Source of the DNA: Candidatus Latescibacterota bacterium
GTDB taxonomy: Bacteria > Latescibacterota > UBA2968 > UBA8231
Direction: 5' to 3'
DNA length: 64,000 bases
Assembly: GCA_965204725.1 (NCBI GenBank)
Contig: OZ242005.1
Location: 96,001-160,000, forward strand
Part shown: piece after piece, positions 56,700-64,000 of the stretch
Position numbering within the stretch: the first letter of the stretch is position 1
Layout of the letters: every line of letters starts with the position of its first letter
The notes under the pieces: generated by a model
What the model was told of the DNA's origin: nothing
What the model saw: only the letters and a program-made list of their open reading frames with translations
Databases searched by the model: none
Translations under genes and position numbers: made by a program

Positions 56700-59048
56700 T
56701 CAATAAACCACGGAGACCACGCGCCGGACGCGCTGCTGATGAGCGTCGCTGTCGAGGTGGAGTTCGAGTAGGTAGAGGCCGGGCGGCACCCGGTGCCCGG
56801 CTTGGTCGCGGCCATCCCAAGTGAAATGCCGAGTACCCGCCGTGACCGCTTGCGTCCGCTCAACGAGCACACGACCAGCCAAGTCGTAGAGCCGCAGATG
56901 CCAAGGGCGCGGCGCGAGGAGGTTGATCACGTCGGCGCGGACGGTCAGCGCGTCGTTTATGCCGTCGCCGTTGGGCGTCAGCACCTTTGCGTCGAAGGCG
57001 ACGTTGAGCAGGAGGTCGCGGGCGACCGGAAGGCCGACGACATTGGTGCTGCTGGCGACTTGGTCCGTAGCATCCCCGGGATCGACGCGCTGGCGGCTGG
57101 CGTCCTCCGCACGAGCGTCTTGGATAAAAAGGACGAAGGGCGTGGACTGCTGAAAAACCTGCGCGGCAAAGCGCAACTCCACGAGATCGTCGTCGCGCAA
57201 CGGCTGGGGGAAGGTCACCGCAAAACCCGCTTCGACCGGTTGGTCTGCGACCGCTAAGGGCGCGTCGTTGACCAAGGCGCGAATAAAGCGCGTCGGCGTC
57301 GGCGTCTCCACGACGAGGCGGTCAAACCCAGAGGCCCTCGTCTGACGCGGGCGCAAGAAGAAGCGGAACTCGGTTTCTTCGCCCGGCAACACCTCGGTCG
57401 GAAAAATTTCGCTGACCGCATGCTGCGATAACGGGTCGCTGAAGGCAATGCTCAGCGCGTTGAGTTGCAGCGCCACCGCTGGACCGGCGGTGACCATCCG
57501 CATCTGGAACTGAGCGTAGCGGCGCGGCGAGGGCGATTGGAACTCTTGGCCCGAAAAGGCGTAGAGCTTGCTCCACGCGCTCCAGTCGTCGCCGATGACC
57601 TCGGCCGTGTCAATCGGCCCTTTGAAGCTCGGAATCAGCTTGTCGTAGCGCTGCTTGCTGACTTGCTTGCCGTTCTTGTCGTAGTAGGTAAGGAGGTTTT
57701 CGACTTGGTTGCCAGAGCGGCTGCGTAGCTCCAGTCGAGTGCCCGGCGGGATGTCGGCCTCCCACGATAGGGCGTTGAGGCTTTTGGTGCGAGCGAAGTC
57801 CATGATGTGCGAGCGAAATTCCAAGTGGTGCGGAAAGCCCTCGCCAAACACCTGAAGCTCCTCGGCAAAGCCCCGAAAGGCCCAGCGATTGCTCGCGTCC
57901 CAGCTCTTCCACAACACTCGGATAAACCGGGTCGGCACCAGCCCAAACTCGTGGGTGGCGGCCCCGGTCACTTCTTTGACGTGTTGGCTGGCCGTGCCAG
58001 AATAGTACTTCTGCCAGATCAAGGTCCCATCGGGCGCGACCGAGCCATCGGAGCCGAGCACCTCGTAGAAATTGAACCCAAAGGAGCGTCGGGTGATGAA
58101 GAAGCCGATGACCCGGCCGCTGCCAGCGGTGATGCCGCCGCCGGGCCGGGCGACCACGCCGCCGACGATTTTGAGTTTGTCGATAAAGTAGGTGGCCCCC
58201 AAGTCGAGGACGATGTGCGAAAAGACGTCGCGCTCGGCTTGGATGGTGCGCCGCACAAACCAGCGCGTGGAGAGATCGCCGTCGATGAGCACTTGGGCGT
58301 TGCCCAGCGGAATGAGGTCTTGGGTGACGAACGCGTCGAGGACCACTTCGAGGTTGCCGCCGCGCTCTAGCATCTCCAAGGCCAGATTGTCGCCCAGTGC
58401 TTCGACCTCGACCTCGAGGAGACGGGTGCCGGGTTCGAGGGCGAGCAGGTCCAAGCGCACGTACTGGATCGGCGTGTGGAAGGGCTGGTCGAGTTCGTAG
58501 GTGATCTCGTGGCGGGTGTTCTCCTTGAATCGCTCGCGCAGGCGGTAGATGACGGTCCCGGCGATGGGGTTATCTACCTCGTCAACGGCGTGTTCGCCCG
58601 TGGAAAGCAGCAGGTCAAAAAGCGGCGGCGGCGGGCCTTGAGGGTCGAAGATCAGCTTGACGCGGCGAGCGGAGACGCCCCGACCCAAATCGACCTCAAT
58701 CGTCCAGCTTGCGGGCGGATCGTCCTGATGGGGACGCCAGCCGGTGGCGCGATCGCCGTCCATGACCAGCGGCGCGTCCCGCAGGTTGGAACCCGCGCGG
58801 CGGATGCCGCCGCCAAAGGCCGCCGCATTGAGCGCGGCATTGATGTTGCGGCGGACCGCAACGGGCTTGAGGCCGCCCTGTGGGGTCAGCGCGACCGTGC
58901 TGGGCAGCGGCCAAGCCTGCCAGTCGCGGCGGGAAGCAAAGCGAATCTCGTCGGCACTCGCCAGAGGAAGCCAGCCGACCAAGGCGCAGGCGACCGCCCA
59001 ATAGCGCGGTACGCACCATAAAGGAAAGCGGGGATCGCTGGAATCCAT
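56700..59048 (-). CDS. Secreted protein with discoidin-like domains and C-terminal FlgD Ig-like domain
   Basis: Signal peptide; 'DGD..T.W', 'VDLG', 'LTPNGDGIND', 'LYDLAGR...WDGRD..G..VPPGLY'. Confidence 0.82.
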   Translation of the reverse strand: MDSSDPRFPLWCVPRYWAVACALVGWLPLASADEIRFASRRDWQAWPLPSTVALTPQGGLKPVAVRRNINAALNAAAFGGGIRRAGSNLRDAPLVMDGDRATGWRPHQDDPPASWTIEVDLGRGVSARRVKLIFDPQGPPPPLFDLLLSTGEHAVDEVDNPIAGTVIYRLRERFKENTRHEITYELDQPFHTPIQYVRLDLLALEPGTRLLEVEVEALGDNLALEMLERGGNLEVVLDAFVTQDLIPLGNAQVLIDGDLSTRWFVRRTIQAERDVFSHIVLDLGATYFIDKLKIVGGVVARPGGGITAGSGRVIGFFITRRSFGFNFYEVLGSDGSVAPDGTLIWQKYYSGTASQHVKEVTGAATHEFGLVPTRFIRVLWKSWDASNRWAFRGFAEELQVFGEGFPHHLEFRSHIMDFARTKSLNALSWEADIPPGTRLELRSRSGNQVENLLTYYDKNGKQVSKQRYDKLIPSFKGPIDTAEVIGDDWSAWSKLYAFSGQEFQSPSPRRYAQFQMRMVTAGPAVALQLNALSIAFSDPLSQHAVSEIFPTEVLPGEETEFRFFLRPRQTRASGFDRLVVETPTPTRFIRALVNDAPLAVADQPVEAGFAVTFPQPLRDDDLVELRFAAQVFQQSTPFVLFIQDARAEDASRQRVDPGDATDQVASSTNVVGLPVARDLLLNVAFDAKVLTPNGDGINDALTVRADVINLLAPRPWHLRLYDLAGRVLVERTQAVTAGTRHFTWDGRDQAGHRVPPGLYLLELHLDSDAHQQRVRRVVSVVY

Positions 59049-59067
59049 GGTTTGCCCCATTCCTGCT

Positions 59068-59826
59068 TCACTTTTGCAACACTCGGCCCGCGCCGTTGCG
59101 GTCCCAAATCCCCACCGCGCCGTTGCGCTTGCCATCGGCCCCTAAGAAGACGAGGTGGGTGCCATTCGCGGCGTTCACGTGTAAGCCGCCGTTGCCGCGG
59201 GCACCTGCCCCCGCGTAGATCAGGTTGTCGCCGGTGTGGCTGTTGATCAATAGGCCGCCGTTTTGCAACGAATCGGCCCCGGCGAGGAAGATGTTGACGC
59301 CCTCGGCGTTATTGGCCATCAGCAAGCCGCTGCCCGCGTCTTCCCCCGCGACGATGAGCAAGTCGCCGGCCGCGCTCCGCAAGTCCAAGTGCCCGCTGCC
59401 GGTCTCGCCCGCGCCCAAGTACGCCAACGGCTCGCCGGCCGCGCTGTACACCTGCACCGCGCCCCCCTCGCTGCTTACAATCGAGACCAGCGGCGCACCC
59501 GTAGCCGTGTTGACCACGAGCAAGCCGTGTCCAGCCGCGTCGGTACTGAGGCTAACTCCGCCCTGTCCTTGGCCGGTCCCCACCCACAACGCGCCGTTTT
59601 GGCGTTCATCGGCCGTAGCCACGAGCACGGGTTGGCCTTCGTTGTTGAGGATTTCAAGGGCGCGGGCGCGGATCACGTCGGCCCCGGACGCCGTGATCAT
59701 CAGGGCGGTACTCAGCGACGCGCTCAGCAAGACCGCAATGTCGGTTAGGGCCAGCGCGGCCAGCAGGGCCAAGAGGCGACGGCCAATGTAGCGTTCCAAA
59801 GAAGCGTACGGTTGAAAGGGAGGCAT
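59068..59826 (-). CDS. Membrane-anchored protein with ~22-aa beta-repeat
   Basis: TM helix, then repeats of 'G.L...N..G....L.A....'. Confidence 0.7.
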   Translation of the reverse strand: MPPFQPYASLERYIGRRLLALLAALALTDIAVLLSASLSTALMITASGADVIRARALEILNNEGQPVLVATADERQNGALWVGTGQGQGGVSLSTDAAGHGLLVVNTATGAPLVSIVSSEGGAVQVYSAAGEPLAYLGAGETGSGHLDLRSAAGDLLIVAGEDAGSGLLMANNAEGVNIFLAGADSLQNGGLLINSHTGDNLIYAGAGARGNGGLHVNAANGTHLVFLGADGKRNGAVGIWDRNGAGRVLQK

Positions 59827-59854
59827 AAGGGTCCTCTCGGTAAGAGCGGTTGGG

Positions 59855-61963
59855 CTATCGTATGAGCATAATTTTGCGCGTCAGCAACTGGTCATCGGCC
59901 TGTAGTGCCAACAGGTACATGCCGCTGGTGACGAGCACTTTCGCATCCGTTTGGCCGTCCCAGCGAATGGTGTGAGAACCGGCCTCGGGTGCGCCTTGCT
60001 CCACGAGCGTCCGCACGGATTGTCCGAGCACGTTATAGACTCGCAGGGCAACCCGCATGGTGCCGACGGGAATGGTATAAGAGACACTGGTACTGGAATT
60101 AAACGGATTGGGACGATTGGCAGCGAGCGTCAGGCCGACCGCGACGGATTGTTCATCAGTATAAGTATCTAAAACCGCTGTCTCATGGGATAGCACTACG
60201 GGCGGTCCTGCCGTGTTTAGCTGCTCAATGCGGTGCGCGGCGGCGGGCGGGATTTCGGAATCTCCATAGCGAAGGGGCCAAGAGCGTCCAAATCCCCACA
60301 TCTCTACTCCATAGCGGAGTATCTCGCCACCTTCCAGACCGACGATAGCTATCAGTTCCGAAATATCGTCCCCCCCATTCTCACCTCCGCGGCACTCAAA
60401 GCCCAGACGACCCAAATTGTAGAGACTGACCGGCCCCAAATCTGGATTGAAGTTGAAAACGGGATCAATTTTTGTGTGGTCGGGAAAAACGAAAGTGGTA
60501 AGTCGCGTCAGATAGGGACGAGCCATGAACACCTGTTGCACCTTGGTCTTAGGCTCGTGGACATAAGTCACCCAGTCATCGACAAACCCCGAAAAATCGA
60601 ACCATTCGTTTTCGTAGAAGTCTTCGTACAGATTGGGAAAGCTGTAAAATTGGGATTCGGCATACGAGTGGAACACTGCGGTTTGGAGCGCTTCGGCATT
60701 CTCGTCATCTGAATACAAGCTCCAAAAGTCATAGCCTAGGGGGGTCATTGGGTCTATATCTTCTCGCTTGATCTCTTCAAGTACCGCATCCGGTATGGGT
60801 ACATGTTGCCTAAGCAACTGTAGAAGCTTCAGATCCAATTGTCCTCGATGACCGAACCAGTCCTGGGGGAGCATACCTTTAAGTGAAAGGTCGCCCATAA
60901 AAGCACCGAGGTTTTCGGGATTGCGTAGCGATTCAAGGTCAATGCTCGATTCCACTTGATCGGTACGGGCTGCTCTTTCCGCTGCGTATTCTGTGCTGAA
61001 CGCATGGTGCCCGGCCTCTGCGATCGCCTCGGAAAGAACTTCATCGTAGTTGGAGATCCCCCACTGACCTCCAAATAGTCCATAGACATCTAGCCAACTC
61101 AGTCGCGCTTGGTTCAAGTGGACATGCAGGTAGTTTTCCGGTATCGCCCGGTGTTCAGCAGCACCCCAGACGGTCAGTTTGCCACTAATGCTCCCTGCAC
61201 TCGCCGCCAATTGCAAGGGTGCGGAGATCGCATCTCCCGCATAGGTGAAGGCAACTGGTTGAAGTTGGTTTACCCATCCTAGGTATTCTAGGTCGGCAGG
61301 TAGTGTCACTTCCACAGCCAAGATGGCATGGTCCTCTTCGAGATACGATTGCAAGAGCGCCGCATTTAGCCGACCCGATTCGTAACCGCGATCCGCAACC
61401 CAAGTTACAATCTCACTCGGAGACTGGACCTTGATAATGGTAGCAGAACGCGTCTCTCTTTCTCGCACGTCTGCCAAAACTACGGTAGGGCAGCCGATAC
61501 AATCAGAGATGTGAACATGGGGAAAAAACGTCCCCTCAACCAGATTGAAACACGCTTCACTGAGCTCGTTTTCAAGAGGGAGTTCGGGCAGGTCCGGGAC
61601 GAATCCATACCATTCTTTTATTTGCTCCTTACCCCACGTCTCCACGTATTCGTCGCCCAACAACCTGTAGCGCGGTATCGTCTCTTCATCCAATCGCGTA
61701 AATATGTCGTTATGACTAAGCTCGATCCGCGATGTCGAAGGCACAGGTACGAGCCAGACGAAGTCCTCGGCTGCTCCTTCAAAATGCGTTTTCAGGTGGA
61801 CGGTTGTGCTGTCTTCACCTACCAGAAACAACGCTTTGACCTCGGTCATTTCGACCGGAGTGCCGTCGCGACTGAGCAGAATACCCCAAGCATGGGCTGG
61901 AGCGGCTGACCAGAGCACAGCGGCCAAAAGCATGAACGAGAAAGACATTGTATAGACTGACAT
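59855..61963 (-). CDS. DUF2330-like secreted protein with C-terminal FlgD/T9SS-type sorting-like domain
   Basis: 'FEG.A.DF.W.VPVP', 'PENYLHV.LN', 'AF.TEYA', 'YLTRL.T', 'DP.F.FN'; C-terminal 'NRPNPFNSST...VYNVLGQ.VRTL...WDG'. Confidence 0.8.
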   Translation of the reverse strand: MSVYTMSFSFMLLAAVLWSAAPAHAWGILLSRDGTPVEMTEVKALFLVGEDSTTVHLKTHFEGAAEDFVWLVPVPSTSRIELSHNDIFTRLDEETIPRYRLLGDEYVETWGKEQIKEWYGFVPDLPELPLENELSEACFNLVEGTFFPHVHISDCIGCPTVVLADVRERETRSATIIKVQSPSEIVTWVADRGYESGRLNAALLQSYLEEDHAILAVEVTLPADLEYLGWVNQLQPVAFTYAGDAISAPLQLAASAGSISGKLTVWGAAEHRAIPENYLHVHLNQARLSWLDVYGLFGGQWGISNYDEVLSEAIAEAGHHAFSTEYAAERAARTDQVESSIDLESLRNPENLGAFMGDLSLKGMLPQDWFGHRGQLDLKLLQLLRQHVPIPDAVLEEIKREDIDPMTPLGYDFWSLYSDDENAEALQTAVFHSYAESQFYSFPNLYEDFYENEWFDFSGFVDDWVTYVHEPKTKVQQVFMARPYLTRLTTFVFPDHTKIDPVFNFNPDLGPVSLYNLGRLGFECRGGENGGDDISELIAIVGLEGGEILRYGVEMWGFGRSWPLRYGDSEIPPAAAHRIEQLNTAGPPVVLSHETAVLDTYTDEQSVAVGLTLAANRPNPFNSSTSVSYTIPVGTMRVALRVYNVLGQSVRTLVEQGAPEAGSHTIRWDGQTDAKVLVTSGMYLLALQADDQLLTRKIMLIR

Positions 61964-62035
61964 GGCGCTTTGCCTCCATGAAGGATGCAAGGTTGTAGCG
62001 ACACCGGACGCTACACGGCCGGCGTTGCCCGTTCA

Positions 62036-62194
62036 GAAGCGGTCTGAGAACCCACATTGGGGCGTGTTGAACAAGCCGTATTTCTGGATTCCCGCCCCGT
62101 GTCGGGGCACGGGGTGACGTCCGTTCGCGGGAATGACCCCTAGAGTCGTCGTGCAAGACTAGGCCAAAAGCAACGGGAGTTTTTAGACCGCTTC
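62036..62194. mobile_element. MITE-like element containing a nested-hairpin REP
   Basis: Terminal inverted repeat GAAGCGGTCT / AGACCGCTTC, flanked by TTCA on both sides; homologous to 43596-43720. Confidence 0.62.
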
Positions 62195-62195
62195 T

Positions 62196-63893
62196 TCAGA
62201 AGTCGATTCGCCAGATCCCTGTGGCTTGTTTGGCCATCCAACCTTGGCGTGAGTGGAGCTTCTCCACGGTCCAAGTATCAAAGTCTTCGGCCAGCTTGCG
62301 CGTTATTGCGAAGTCGCTCTCTTGGTAGGCCGAGTGCTTTTCGGCATATCCTGAATTGCCCAAGTCGCGATTGGCTGCGGTCGCCAAGAGCGTCATGTTC
62401 CCTAGACGATACGTAGCAGCCTCCCGCTGTTGATCGTCGAACTGGTCCCAGCCGTCATTCGGATTTTCCGGCAACACGTGCTCAACGCCGTATTTCGCGC
62501 TCTCAAAGTCAAAGCGCTGTCCCGACAACTGCGCTTCGAGCCTGAACAGTATAAAGCGCACGACTCTATTGTTGCGGGAGCTGGTCGTTCGCAGTGCCTT
62601 TTCTACAAACGCCGCCCTGAATTCCTCGTCCTCGGGATAGACGGGCCGCAGCCTTGCAATCGCTGCTTGCACACTGCCGATTTCGCCGGCCGATAGCCCG
62701 CAGGCAATCCGGTTATACACCATCTCCTGATCGTTGCTTTGGCGGCCACCAATCACGTTGTATCGAAACGATACGACCGCAATAGCGCGCAAGAACCGTC
62801 CAAAGCCAGTGCGGTCGCTTTCCTCAAATCGCTCGAATGCCGCCAGCAATAAAGCCAACGGCTGACGCACGTTGAACATCTGCAACTGGGCCAAACTTTC
62901 GCGCTCCGCTGCTTTCCATAAGTCGTCCTCTGGCCGTCGCAACGCCGAATACACCCGCGCAGACTGGTCCATATCGCGGATCAACTGAAACACTCTAGAC
63001 CTATCGCTTACTTCGCGGCGCAGGGTCTTGAACAAATCGGTCTTACGCACCAGCCTGTTGCGGCTGTTCCAGAAGACCCGCAAAAACTCGGGAAAGCGCT
63101 CACTGCCCAGCAGCCCGACGACACTCTCCCAGCGATCTTCCAAAGCGTTGATCTCTGATTCGTGTGGATTATCACGCGAGACGACCGAGAACAAGTGATT
63201 CTTCAGCAGATCGGTGGCGGACAAACGCACGCCGCGCGCGTTCAGGGTCTCAAACACCTTGAAGGCATTCAATTCGTCGGTCACGGTGATGATCGTAAAA
63301 AACAGCTTATCTACCACACCATCGACAAAGCGCGCCACCGCCTCACCATCGTCACCGGATCGCTCCTCAATGCGATCCTTGAACCAGAGAAACGCCCGCC
63401 GCAGGAGATGTTCCGATGCGTTCAATCCTCCCTGCGGCAGGCTTTCCAAGGAGACTAGGTAATGCTGATAAAAGCGATCGTTATGCCGATTCAGCACCAG
63501 CTTGGAGCGCGACACGAGGCTCACCGGGTCCAAATAGCCGATGTAATTGCTGCGCAACTGCTCGGCGCGCCGGCGTTGTGGATCCGCCGGGTCGCCCGAC
63601 GCGGCCAAGTCCGTCAGACGCGCTACCGCGGCCAGCATCAACAGGCTCAGCGTGGTCATGCGCTGCTGGCCATCGATGATGTCGAACGCCCTGTTGTCCG
63701 CCGATTGCAGTACCAGATAGCCCATGTAATGAGCGGGGTCTGGGGCCTCGTCGAACAGCGCGACCAAGTCCTGCCACAGGTCATCCCACTCGTCGATCCC
63801 CCAAGAATAATCGCGTTGGAACTGCGGCACGCGATAACTCAGCCCATTGCCCATGAGTTGACGAAACGTGCTGTTGGTGGCATTGAAATTCAT
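62196..63893 (-). CDS. DUF262 + DUF1524 (GmrSD/SspE-like) nuclease
   Basis: 'VPQFQRDYSW', 'IIDGQQRMTT', 'FETLNARG', HNH-like 'EHVLP...LGNMTLL...N'. Confidence 0.92.
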   Translation of the reverse strand: MNFNATNSTFRQLMGNGLSYRVPQFQRDYSWGIDEWDDLWQDLVALFDEAPDPAHYMGYLVLQSADNRAFDIIDGQQRMTTLSLLMLAAVARLTDLAASGDPADPQRRRAEQLRSNYIGYLDPVSLVSRSKLVLNRHNDRFYQHYLVSLESLPQGGLNASEHLLRRAFLWFKDRIEERSGDDGEAVARFVDGVVDKLFFTIITVTDELNAFKVFETLNARGVRLSATDLLKNHLFSVVSRDNPHESEINALEDRWESVVGLLGSERFPEFLRVFWNSRNRLVRKTDLFKTLRREVSDRSRVFQLIRDMDQSARVYSALRRPEDDLWKAAERESLAQLQMFNVRQPLALLLAAFERFEESDRTGFGRFLRAIAVVSFRYNVIGGRQSNDQEMVYNRIACGLSAGEIGSVQAAIARLRPVYPEDEEFRAAFVEKALRTTSSRNNRVVRFILFRLEAQLSGQRFDFESAKYGVEHVLPENPNDGWDQFDDQQREAATYRLGNMTLLATAANRDLGNSGYAEKHSAYQESDFAITRKLAEDFDTWTVEKLHSRQGWMAKQATGIWRIDF

Positions 63894-63962
63894 CGGCGTC
63901 CTCTTTTGGGCCGATAGGGAGCTTGCTATTTTTCAGCCCAAACTTACGCAAGGAGGAGGCCA

Positions 63963-64000
63963 ATGGCCAAAATCAAGGAAGTCCGCTGCATCCGCACCCG
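63963..64000 (+). CDS. Start of a CDS truncated by the window end
   Basis: Strong RBS AAGGAGGAGG, then MAKIKEVRCIRT. Confidence 0.6.
   Translation, partial: MAKIKEVRCIRT

Overview
GC-rich bacterial chromosomal window, almost entirely coding. The gene content (FlgD-Ig C-terminal secreted proteins, a PorV-like barrel, a C-terminal 'SWGRVK' motif, many TPR, HEAT and ASPIC/FG-GAP proteins) suggests an FCB-group organism such as Latescibacterota or Gemmatimonadota; this is inference only. 1-14.3 kb is a minus-strand envelope/secretion-like cluster with two paralogous ~1000-aa probable outer-membrane proteins. 14.5-20.4 kb holds three paralogous small coiled-coil/TM genes. One is split by a 3.6-kb integrated element with no recognisable integrase or transposase, carrying 22-bp iterons, a wHTH ORF restored only on circularisation, a phage-like HTH gene and an ankyrin lipoprotein. 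Another is flanked by a 32-bp direct repeat. 19-36 kb has surface-protein and housekeeping genes (split transketolase, rnpB, pyrF, tRNA-Pro). 36-64 kb mixes catabolic genes with defence-type genes (probable R-M pair, AbiE-like TA, UDG-like, DUF262/DUF1524), REP/MITE elements and a frameshifted IS110 inserted in a REP. The IS110's circle-junction promoter and bridge-RNA-like target and donor guides can be read directly from the sequence. All family assignments come from motif recognition by eye; no database searches were run.
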